Positions 40,271 through 50,503 of a DNA stretch of 64,000 nucleotides are shown here, one piece after another (positions within the stretch are counted from its first letter, which is position 1; every line of letters begins with the position of its first letter). The notes beneath the pieces are model-generated. The model did not search any database, was not told the origin of the DNA, and was given only the letters and a program-made list of their open reading frames with translations. A program made the position numbers and the translations under genes. Source of the stretch: Vulcanimicrobiota bacterium (lineage in GTDB: Bacteria; Vulcanimicrobiota; Vulcanimicrobiia; Vulcanimicrobiales; Vulcanimicrobiaceae); the NCBI GenBank assembly GCA_963795855.1, contig CAWCIZ010000002.1:160001-224000 (forward strand), in the 5' to 3' direction.

Positions 40271-40846
40271 ATGTCCCTACTGCAAGAAACTCCGGCGCCC
40301 CGCGTGTTGGTCGTCGGTAAGGACCCGCTTATAACGCGGACGCTGAGCAAGCTGCTCGAACTGGACAATCGCTTGGACGTTTTAGGCGAAGCGCGGTCCT
40401 TACGAGCCGCGCCGCTCGGCGATCTCCGTCCGGACGTGGTCATCTTTGACGCGGATGGGCAGGGCACGGACGCAGCCCGCGCGCGTGAGTTCATCGCGGA
40501 AATTTCACCACATAGCGTCGTCTGCCCGCTCGAGACCCTTCGCAATCTGACGGTGAACGAAGTCCTCGAAACCGTGCGTCGTCTGGCTCCGTCACCATCG
40601 CAGCAGGGTCGTCACCTGCGCGTCATTTCGCCGCCTGACGAGCGAGATGCACTTGCGTCACTTTCCGAGCGCGAGCTGCAAGTCGTGCGTCTCGTTGCCG
40701 AGGGGTTGTCGAACAAGGAAATCAGTTCCCGTTTGACGCTCAGCGACAAAACCGTCAAAAACCACATTTCTCACATCCTTGCCAAGATGGGGTTGACCGC
40801 ACGCACCCAGGTTGCGGTCTACGCGATTCGCGCAGGATTCGTTTAA
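40271..40846 (+). CDS. NarL/LuxR-family regulator with atypical short receiver
   Basis: LSERELQVVRLVAEGLSNKEI...TVKNHISHILAK; receiver has VVGKD in place of the acidic pair. Confidence 0.9.
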   Translation: MSLLQETPAPRVLVVGKDPLITRTLSKLLELDNRLDVLGEARSLRAAPLGDLRPDVVIFDADGQGTDAARAREFIAEISPHSVVCPLETLRNLTVNEVLETVRRLAPSPSQQGRHLRVISPPDERDALASLSERELQVVRLVAEGLSNKEISSRLTLSDKTVKNHISHILAKMGLTARTQVAVYAIRAGFV

Positions 40847-40963
40847 AAAGCGTTCTCTCGAGTGCAGCAGCAAGACGCCCGGCGCCGTGTCGGCACCGGG
40901 CGCTTTGCGTTTTTGCCGCCTTTAGAAGGTTTTACGCATTCCAGCAGAGGGAATTCACCGTTC

Positions 40964-41818
40964 ATGCGTGATGCTCGACCAAACTGGCCGAATGGGATCG
41001 GCCTTTTCTTGATCCACCTCGGCGCAGTCGCCGTGTTCCTGCCGTTTTTCTTTTCTTGGTGGGCCCTGCTTGCGGCGGCGATCATCGCCTACGCCACGGG
41101 CGCTTGGGGTGTCACGCTCTGCTATCATCGCACCCTCTCGCACCGTAGCGTGCGTTTGCGCAAGCCCGTTGAATACGCTACCGCGATTCTCGGCGCGCTG
41201 GCGTTCCAAGGCGATCCCATCTCGTGGGTCGCGACTCATCGCGTGCACCACGCGCACTCCGACCAGCAGGGCGATCCGCACAGCACGCGCCGCGGCTTCA
41301 GCTGGGCGCACTTCTTGTGGCTGTTAAAGGCGAATCCGAACGTCCCGCGTACGCCGGAAGAGTACCGCAAATACTGTCCCGATTTGTGGAACGAACCGTT
41401 CTATCGCGCTCTGCACGGTCTGCATTTACCGATGCAAGTTGGGTTCGCCGCATTGCTTTTTGCGATTGGCGGATGGCCATTCGTCATCTGGGGAGTCTTC
41501 GGACGTTTGGTTTTCGCCTATCACACGACGTGGCTCGTGAACAGCGCGACGCACATGTTCGGCTATCGCACGTACAAAACGACGGATCGCTCGACGAATT
41601 CCTGGTGGGTCGCGCTGCTGTCATTCGGTGAAGGCTGGCACAATAACCACCACGCGTTCCCGTATTCGGCACGGCACGGCATCGCATGGTACGAAATCGA
41701 TCTCACGTGGTGGACGATTCGCCTGCTCTGGTTGCTCAAGTTGGCAGACAAGGTCCGCGTTCCGAGCGAACAGCTGCGCAAGCGCCTTCGAATAGGGACG
41801 CCTCCTCTGTCCGCTTAG
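40964..41818 (+). CDS. Delta-9 acyl-lipid/acyl-CoA desaturase
   Basis: His boxes HRTLSH, HRVHH, HNNHH; GEGWHNNHHAFP. Confidence 0.93.
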   Translation: MRDARPNWPNGIGLFLIHLGAVAVFLPFFFSWWALLAAAIIAYATGAWGVTLCYHRTLSHRSVRLRKPVEYATAILGALAFQGDPISWVATHRVHHAHSDQQGDPHSTRRGFSWAHFLWLLKANPNVPRTPEEYRKYCPDLWNEPFYRALHGLHLPMQVGFAALLFAIGGWPFVIWGVFGRLVFAYHTTWLVNSATHMFGYRTYKTTDRSTNSWWVALLSFGEGWHNNHHAFPYSARHGIAWYEIDLTWWTIRLLWLLKLADKVRVPSEQLRKRLRIGTPPLSA

Positions 41819-41878
41819 CCGGCCCGAGCGCGCTGCGGCGCAGAGGCTGAACCCCCGGGATGTGGGCATAACGTCCGC

Positions 41879-44800
41879 ATGAAGAGCGCGCGGAGCAGGG
41901 GAGCAGTCATCGCGGTGCTCATCGTCGCAGCGGCGGCCTTGCTCTACGCTTTTCGTTTGCCCGTCGCGCAGTTCGGCCTGGCGAAAGGCTTGGGCGCGGC
42001 GACGGGGACGAGCGTTTCCATTGGCCGGCTGAGCATGAGCGCCGGCCATGCAACCGTCAGCGGTGTGCGCATTACGGCGCATCACGGCGAGCAACTCGCG
42101 TTCGTGCCGCGCGTCGACGTGTCGTACAATCTGCACGACTTGCTTCCCGGGAGCACGCACCGCTACGGCCTGCGCGCAATCACTATCTACCACCCGCGCA
42201 TTACCGTCGTGCACAACCCGGACGGATCGTATAATCTGCCGCACATGGCCAAAGGCGGCGCTTCAAACCGCAACGCGGCGCCGATGAACTTCACGATGCG
42301 CGTCGTGGGCGGTTCGCTCGCGGTCATCGACGACGCGCGTCTCGATCCGAAGGCCCGGCGGATCACGATCGCCGGCGTCAACGTGTCCGCCGACGTCAAT
42401 ACGGCTGCGCGCACGCACTATGTCGCAACCATGGCTTACGACGACGGCAGGGCGCGGTACCCAATCGACGGACACGGCACCATCGATGCCGCCACGGGGT
42501 TGAATTATCAGCGTTGGACCGCCGCGCACGTCCCGCTGCCGCAGCTCGTCAATTACGCGCTGAACAATGCGAATCTGCGTCTGCAAGCGGGCTTTCTGGA
42601 CAACGTGGACGCGATCTACTACGGCAAGATCGCGGCGAGCGCGTATCTGCGCGGCGGCCGCGTCACGATGCACGGCGTCGCCGCGCCGATCGAAAACGTG
42701 CACGGCCCGATCGACGTCACGAACGCCGGCTTGACGACGCCGCACATCGACGCGAGCATCGCCGGAGCTCCCGTTCGCGTAAACGGCGCGATCTACGATC
42801 TCACGCATCCGAATTTCCGTCTGGCAGTCCACGCACACGGCGACGCCGCACGGCTCAAGAATCTCACCGCGGCGGCGGCGCGGCTGCCGCTGCGCGGGCC
42901 GATCGATCTCGCGCTCCTGGTCGAAGGCTCAGTGCGCGCTCCGCTTGCTCTGATTCTCACCCACTCGCCGCAGATCGACTACCGCGCAATGCCGCTGCGC
43001 AATCCGAACGGTCTGCTCGCATTCGACGGCAAAACGGCGACGATCGTGAATTTCGGCGTGCAATACGGCGGGTTTACTCTCGGGGCCCGCGGACGCATGG
43101 CATTCGAACGGGAACCGAATGCGCTCGAAGCCGTCGCAACGCTGAACGGTCCGAGCAACGATGTGCCGTACGCATCGGCACTCTTTCCGGGCATGGGCTT
43201 GAGCGGAACGCTGCTCGCGACGGCAGATTCGCTCAAACGCATCGATACGCGCGGCGTGCTTGCCGGCAGCGGCGCCGGCGCCTCGCTTGGGAGCGCGTTC
43301 GCGGTCAGCAGCAACGGCGTGGGGAGCGTCGTGCTGCGCGAAAAACGCTCGTCCAACTCGGACGTCTACGCGAAAATCGCCCTCGACCATCCGCACAACG
43401 TCGTGAACGCACTCGTCCGCGCGCACGATTTCACCGTGCGTCCGGCGGCAAACGGTCAATTGCCGGGGCTGGCGATGAAAGCGCTGCCGTCCGTTTCGGG
43501 AACCCTTAGCGGAGACGTTTTCGCATCGCGCGAGAACAACGCGATCGGGTTGCTCGGAAGCCTCGCTCTGAGCGGGGCGCAGTACGGAAAGATTTCGATC
43601 GTGCGCGCCACCGCGCGTTTCGGCGGCACGCCCGGCAACGTACGGGTCACGACCCTCGCAGCGAACGGAAATTTCGGCAGCGTACGCGCAACGGGCAGTA
43701 TCGCCGGAACCAACCACGTCGCGCTCGAGGGGCGGTACAGCGGCTCGCTTTCGCAGATCTCGCAGATTGCGGGAAACCTTCCGGCGCAAGGCTATGTCGA
43801 CGCTCCGATCGCTCTGGTCTATGACGGCGGCCGATCCGTCGCGCAAGTTCGCGACGCGCGGTTCACGAACGCGAGCGTTCGCGGCGTCGCGCTGGAAGGC
43901 CTGAGCGCAACCATTGGGTTGCGGCGGAGCAAGGCCGTCGACGTTTACGCCGCGCGCGCCAAAATTGCGCGGAGCGGCACTGCGGTAGCCGCCGGCAGCA
44001 TCGGCAACGGTGGACGAGTCGCGTTTTCCGTTTCGGAATTCCCAGTCGCCGGCGGCTACGCGGACGCGGCAGCTACGGCAAGCGGCAATCTTCGCACCCC
44101 GGACGTGAACGGCGCGCTTCTGGTGGCGGGCGCGCATTACGCGTCGTATCCGATCAGCGGCGCATCGGCGTTCGCCTATTCCGGCGGTACGGCGAACGTC
44201 AGCAACGCCATCGTGGATGCGGGGCCGGCTCTGCTCGCCGCGGACGGCACGGTGTGGCCGCACTACGACCTCGATGCGACGGCGGGCGGTCTCGTCTCCT
44301 ACTCTCAGTTTCAAGGCAGCGTCGACGCGCGCGTACACGTGAGCGGCGCCGGCAAGACGCCGATCGTCAGCGGCACGCTGGATGCGCCCGAAGGCAACGT
44401 GCACGGCTTGGCGTTCAGCGACATGCACGCGAACATCTCCGGCAGTCCGAACGACTTGACCGTCAGCAACGGAAGCGTGGTAATCGGATCGACCGCACTG
44501 ACGTTCGATGCCGGATATGCGCCCGGCGACGTGCGCGCAGCCTTGAACGCGCCCCGTGCCGACCTTGCGGATTTCAACGATTACTTCGACACCGGCGATA
44601 CCCTCGCCGGTACCGGGCACCTGGCTTTGAGCATCGCTATGACGCCGTTCACGACGTCGAGCAGCGGCAACGTCGCCCTGCAGAACGTGCGGTTCAAGCG
44701 CTTCGACATCGGACGCACCGTCGCGAATTGGCAAAGCACCGGACGCGAAACCTCGCTCGTCGCATCCGTCGGCGGAGCGCACGGCCTCGCGCATGTTGCG

Positions 44801-46839
44801 GGCACCATAGAACCGGCGAACAAGGCGATGAATCTGAACGCGAGCGTCAGCAATCTCGATCTCGGCAACTGGCTGCCGCTTTTCGGATATACGACGCCCG
44901 TGACCGGATATGTCGACGCAAACGCCACGCTGCGCGGCAGTCTATCCGGATCTGACAATGAACGCGCGCGCGAATCTGCGCGACGGCGTCATCGGCCGCG
45001 TACAAGTGCAGCGCGCGCAATTCTCGGCAGTAGCCGCGAACGGGCGCGGCCGCATTACCCAAGCCGTCGTGCAAATTCCGTACCTTACCGCAACCGGATC
45101 CGGGACGTTCGGTTTGCATAAGACCGATTCTTTGGCAGTCGCGGTGCGAGCCCTCAGCCCCGACGTCGGCAAACTGGTGCAGACGTTCAGCGGTAAACCG
45201 AACGACATGGCGGGCGTTCTGGACACGACGCTCAACGTCAACGGCACCGCCGGAGATCCGCGGGTCGAAGACGCTCTCACGCTCACGCAACTGCGCTACG
45301 CCAAATTGACCGTTCCGCGCGTACAGGCACAGCTGGATGTGAACCGCAAGCGCATAGCGCTTTCTCAAGGCCGCATCGAGCTGCACAAAGGCACGATTAC
45401 GGCAAGCGGCGACGTGCCGATGCACGCAACGTCCGCCGCGCCCGTTTCGCTGGCGCTCGCCGCGAGCGGAGTCGATCTGAGCGATTTCAGCGCCGCGCTG
45501 CCGAAGGGCAGCCGGGTCGCCGGCGCGCTTACCGGCGCGCTGCGCGTGCGCGGCACGATGCAGTCCCCGTTGCTCGAAGGCAGTATGGCCCTGCGCAAAG
45601 GCTATTTCGTGGGGCCGATCGATCAGAATCCGATCAGCGCGATGAACGCGGACATCACCTTTTCGGGAACGCATATCGCGCTCCAAAACGTGAAAGCGAA
45701 TGTGGGCGGCGGCACGCTCGCGATGAACGCGACGGCTTCCGTCCCAACGCTGCGCGACCTGCGCGCGCTGACCTTTGACTCGACGATCGTCGCAAACAAT
45801 GCGCAAGTGAACAGCCCGCAGTACTTCCGCGGAACGTTCGACGCCGACATCCACGCGTACCGCACCGCCGGCAGCATTCCGACGATCGCCGGCAACGTCA
45901 CCGTGCCGAGTGCGCGCGTTCCGCTCACCGCCTTTTGGAATCCGCACGCCCCGAAGAAGCCGAAGTCCGCGCCGATGAACCTGGCTTTCGACTTGATCGC
46001 GCGCGCCGGACGTGACGTGCGCGTTCAAAGCCCGAACGTGGACGTCGGAGCGCAAGGCGCGGTTACCATCACCGGGACGATGGCAAAGCCGGCGCTCAAA
46101 GGCCGAATCGCGTCGACCGGCGGCACCGTCGACTTCTTCCGCAACTTCACGATTCGTCGCGCCAACGTCTCTTTCGATCCGTCCAACGGCATTTGGCCGA
46201 ACATCAACGCCGTCGCGGACACGCAGGTCACCAACCCCGACACGTACATTCAGTTGCAGGTGACCGGTTTGGCGCCAGACCAAATGCAGCTCAACCTGCA
46301 GTCCGATCCGTCATACAACAAGACGCAAATTCTCGCGCTGCTTGCGGGGCTGCAGAATTTCGGAGCGGTGCCCGGACTGGCGACGTCCGGCGGTTCAGGT
46401 ACCGGCGGCTTCACGCTCGGAGGGGCGGTACAAAACCTCGCGATGGGGCAGGCTCAACACGCTGTTCACGCGCGACCTATTCGAACCGCTCGACGTGGGC
46501 TTAGGCAGCGCGCTCGGCCTGCAGAACTTACAGATCTCGGATAGTTTTACCAGCGGATTCGGCGTGAACGCAGTCAAGGCGTTCGGGAAGCACGTGACGG
46601 CGGTTTTCTCCGAGAACCTCGGTGAGCCGCGCGAACAGTCGTTAAGCATCGAAGCGCATCACGGCGAGTCGACCGCATTCAATCTCATGCTCTACAGCGT
46701 TCAGGACCCGCCCCTCACCGGCTTCCTGTCGCAAAACACGAATCCGTTCAAGTTCGATCAACTCAATAGTAACTCGACGATGACCGCGGTCAGCGGTACC
46801 AACGGTCTCTCGCTGCTCTACGAGCATAAATTCCACTGA
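41879..46839 (+). CDS. TamB/AsmA-like translocation and assembly module protein (frameshifts near 44940 and 46450)
   Basis: N-terminal TM anchor, long beta-rich repeats, DUF490-like end (L.LQSDP....QILALL). Confidence 0.82.
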
Positions 46840-48060
46840 TGCGAATCGCTGCAGTTTTTCTGTTGTCCGTCCTGGCCGGATGCGCCGCACAAGCGGCGGC
46901 CCCCACTGCGTCCGTGGATATGAACGCGCTGATAAAAACGCATCCGTTGCACGCCACGCTCGCGCAATACGATCGGCAAATCGGCGCGCTGCGCTCGACG
47001 CTTCACCTGCAAGAGTTTTCGCAACGGCAGCAAGCCTTTACGAACGCGCAGGCGGCGGTGAGCCGGACGCTCGGCGATGCGGCCTCGCGCGCCAGGTCGA
47101 TTGGCGCGCTTCCCACGCCCGACGTGCGGCAGCTCGAGACGAACGCCGGCGCTTCGGCTCCAAGCGACAACCGCGTGCGCGCGGATATGCAGCAAACGTA
47201 CGCTGCGCAGACGGCCCAGATGCACGCCGAAGCGCAGCAAGACATGAGCCGCTACCGCTCGCAACTGTTATCCGAGCAGAACGCAGCCTTTCGCGAACTA
47301 CGTGCGCGGCGTGCAAGCCCGCGTGAACCAAGCCTACGCTTCGCGCCGGCAGACGCTGTACGAGAAGGAATCCACGCTCGCATTGGATTTGGCGAAAGCG
47401 GACGCGATGCGGCGCCTCGCGATCCGAGCCAAGCTGCAGACGCTCGCGCTGGACGGACGCACGCGCCGAGGGCTCCAAGCGCAACTCGCCGCGATCCAGG
47501 CGCGCGAGGATGCAATCGTCGCGCGCCGGCGCCAAGCCGATCGTGCGGTGCTTGCCGCATATCTCCCGCCTTTGGAAGCGCGCGCCGCGTCCGATATACG
47601 TCGAATGCGCACGAATTTGCAGAACCGCACCGCCGCCAATCTCGCCGCACGAGAGCGCGTGCTCGCAGCGCAAAACGCGCCGGCCCCGGCGTTGAATTTG
47701 GGCGCGGTTGCGCAACGCGGGAATGATGCCGGAAACATGCGCGGACGCCTGGACGCACTCTTGCATGCGCAGCCTGCCGATCCCGACGCATTCTTGGCGG
47801 CAAAAAGCGATCTTTCTGCGCAATTCGGATCGGTGGCCGGTGCGGATAACGCCGCGACGCGCAGCACATGGCGGCAAATTGCGGCACTGGAAGCGGAGCG
47901 TTCGAACCTCTACCGCGAGATCGTCTCGCAAATCATGCGCGACGCCGAATCGCTCGCGCGCGCTCGTGGACTAGGCCGCGTGTACGCAGCTCATGCGCCC
48001 GCGGGGAGCGTCGACATCACCGCAGCCGTACGGTCGGACTTTGTAGCATTGGCGAAGTGA
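46839..48060 (+). CDS. Coiled-coil lipoprotein, OmpH/Skp-like (frameshift near 47295)
   Basis: Lipobox LAGC; VDMNALIK.HP start and ..A..RGL..V.......VDIT..V end match OmpH termini. Confidence 0.7.
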
Positions 48061-48259
48061 GCGAGTCGTACAGCGGTTCACGATCCTCGCGGACGTGCTG
48101 CAGCAGTTGCGCGTGCGCTTCGCACGCGTCGACGGCGTACCTGCGATATGCGTGAGCCACTGCCGAGCAACCGCACGGCCAGCGCATGACGTTGCGATGG
48201 TTTTCTTGAGGCGAACACAGAAGCAGTCGTACTTGATACTCGGCAAAATACATAGACAT
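48017..48259 (-). CDS. Small hypothetical Cys/His protein
   Basis: WPCGC...DACEAH; fills the gap divergent from the Crp gene. Confidence 0.5.
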   Translation of the reverse strand: MSMYFAEYQVRLLLCSPQENHRNVMRWPCGCSAVAHAYRRYAVDACEAHAQLLQHVREDREPLYDSLTSPMLQSPTVRLR

Positions 48260-48311
48260 CAGTTCAAGTATGGCGCGCCGAGCCTCGTGCGCGCCGTACA
48301 CTTTTGACGAT

Positions 48312-49001
48312 ATGCAATCGACCAATCGGCTCATAGCATCGCTCAAACCTGCCGAACGGCAACGCTGGGAGCCGTTTTTCGAACGCATGTGCATCGCTCA
48401 GCGTGAAGAACTCTTCGGCCCGGACGATCCGTTCGAACATTTGTGGTTTCCGGAAAGCGGCGTTTGCTCGCAGGTGGTAGAGAGCGCAGACGGGCGATCG
48501 GTCGAAGTCGCAGTTACCGGACGCGAGGGAACCATCGGCCTTCCGGCGATCTTCGGAGCACGCCACGCCGCCACGCGCGCCGTCGCGCAAACCGACATGA
48601 CGGCGCTGCGCATACGCGTAGAGGATCTGCTGGAGCACCTGGACGGCGATCATCCGCTGCTCAAGCATCTCGAACGGTATGCTGCGGTGACACTGAGCGT
48701 GCTCGCGCAGATCGCCGGGTGCAATCGCCTTCACGATACGAAACAGCGGCTCTCCCGGTGGTTGTTGATGGTGCGCGATCGAGCCGGCGCGGACGAGCTG
48801 CCCATGACCCACGAATTTCTCTCGCTAATGGTCGGAACGCGGAGATCCTCGGTCACGCAGGTCGCGCAGAATCTGCAGCGCGATCGCGTCATTCGCTACG
48901 AACGCGGCGTGATTACGTTTATCGACGTGTCCGCACTGGAAGCGCGCAGTCGCGAGTGCTACGTCGTCATCCGCAAACTTTACGGCTTTTTGTCAGCGTG
49001 A
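48312..49001 (+). CDS. Crp/Fnr family transcriptional regulator
   Basis: NRLIASL, FPESG, GREG, QRLSRWLL, MTHEFLS.MVG.RR.SVT. Confidence 0.92.
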   Translation: MQSTNRLIASLKPAERQRWEPFFERMCIAQREELFGPDDPFEHLWFPESGVCSQVVESADGRSVEVAVTGREGTIGLPAIFGARHAATRAVAQTDMTALRIRVEDLLEHLDGDHPLLKHLERYAAVTLSVLAQIAGCNRLHDTKQRLSRWLLMVRDRAGADELPMTHEFLSLMVGTRRSSVTQVAQNLQRDRVIRYERGVITFIDVSALEARSRECYVVIRKLYGFLSA

Positions 49002-50417
49002 CGCGGCCGCCACCGCGGGCGCCTTTCCGGGCGTCAGCGGTGCGATCACCAAGCCGAATACGAGCGTTATGGCAAAGCACACGAGCATTGCGATCCGCAT
49101 ACCGTCGACGAACGCGCGCGCGCCCATCCCCGAGAGAGCAGTCGAGCCGCCTTGGTGGTACACGTGCGGGCCGAGCGCGTGCGCGATACCGGCCGCGAGC
49201 AGCGAGCCGAGCACCGCAATTCCGAAGACCCCGAATAGCGATCGGCTCAGTGCGATAGCGCCGGAGGCAAATCCCTCGTCTTCTAACGTGACCGCGCTCA
49301 TGCCCATCGACGCAGCAGGCGTAAACACAAGGCCCCATCCGATGCCGGCTATGAAGAGACCGGCGGAAACCTGCCATGGCGCCGAACCGGTACCGAGCAG
49401 TGCGAGCCAGGCGATTCCCGCAAGGCTGATCGCGAAACTCAACGTCACAATCGCGCGCTCGCCCAACGCCTTCTCCGCCTGACTGCTGTACTGGTTCGCG
49501 ATAAAAAATGCGACGTTGCTCGGCATGAGATAAAAGCCGGCCTCGATGGCGGTTTGATGCTGCACGTTCTGCAGAAACAGCGTGCAGAGCAGCATGATCC
49601 CGTACCATCCGAAATTAAGGATGCCGATGACGAGCAGCGAAACGTCGAATGGTTTGAGAGCGAAATATTTCAAATGCACCATCGGCTGTTTCACGCGCCG
49701 CTCGACGAAAAGAAATGCGCCGATGCCCAGCACGGACACGAGGAATGCCGTGATGATGATTGGCGACGCCCAACCGTTCGCATTGCCCTCGATGAGTGCA
49801 AAGCTGACGGCAAGGAATGAAAGCACAGCCAGAAACTGGCCGAGGCCGTCGATGCGGCGCGACGGATCGCGTTCGCTTTCAACGACGCTTGGAAACGTCG
49901 CAAGAACGACGAGCCCCATCACGACCGACAAATAAAACACGGACGGCCAGCCGAACCAGTGTACGAGGACGCCTCCGATCACCGGACCGGCCACTGCGCC
50001 CAAGCCCGCAACGGTGGAGAACATCTTTATCGCATCTTCGCTGTCGCCGGCGTTCGGCAGCATCTGCACCAGAATCGCGACCGGCAACGAGAGCAGGGCC
50101 GCGCCGCCCAAGCCTTGCAGACCGCGCGCGACGATGAGGAGCGGTGCGTTCGGCGCGAGAGCGCATCCGAGCGTTGCGAGCACGAAGAGGCAGGTCGTGA
50201 TTATCAAGACGCGCTTGCGTCCGTACAGATCGCCGAGCGTTCCGCATGCAAGCGTAAACCCGCCCTCCATCAGCGGATACATGCTGAGGATCCATTCTTG
50301 ATCCGCCAAACCGGCGTGCAGGCCGCGTTCGATGGACGGAAGCGCCATGTAGATGACGCTGATATTTACGACCGCCATAAAGCCGGCGAGGTACATGCCG
50401 AATTTTGCGATTCTCAC
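48993..50417 (-). CDS. MFS efflux transporter, DHA2/EmrB family
   Basis: GTLGDLYGRKR, ARGLQGLG, GPVIGG, many TM helices. Confidence 0.92.
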   Translation of the reverse strand: MRIAKFGMYLAGFMAVVNISVIYMALPSIERGLHAGLADQEWILSMYPLMEGGFTLACGTLGDLYGRKRVLIITTCLFVLATLGCALAPNAPLLIVARGLQGLGGAALLSLPVAILVQMLPNAGDSEDAIKMFSTVAGLGAVAGPVIGGVLVHWFGWPSVFYLSVVMGLVVLATFPSVVESERDPSRRIDGLGQFLAVLSFLAVSFALIEGNANGWASPIIITAFLVSVLGIGAFLFVERRVKQPMVHLKYFALKPFDVSLLVIGILNFGWYGIMLLCTLFLQNVQHQTAIEAGFYLMPSNVAFFIANQYSSQAEKALGERAIVTLSFAISLAGIAWLALLGTGSAPWQVSAGLFIAGIGWGLVFTPAASMGMSAVTLEDEGFASGAIALSRSLFGVFGIAVLGSLLAAGIAHALGPHVYHQGGSTALSGMGARAFVDGMRIAMLVCFAITLVFGLVIAPLTPGKAPAVAAASR

Positions 50418-50503
50418 AACGCCTCACTTATCCAGTGCAACTATTCCGGCACAACTAAGAAATTCGTTGACAACATTTGCGAGCCATGGTAACGTGCGTG
50501 ACG

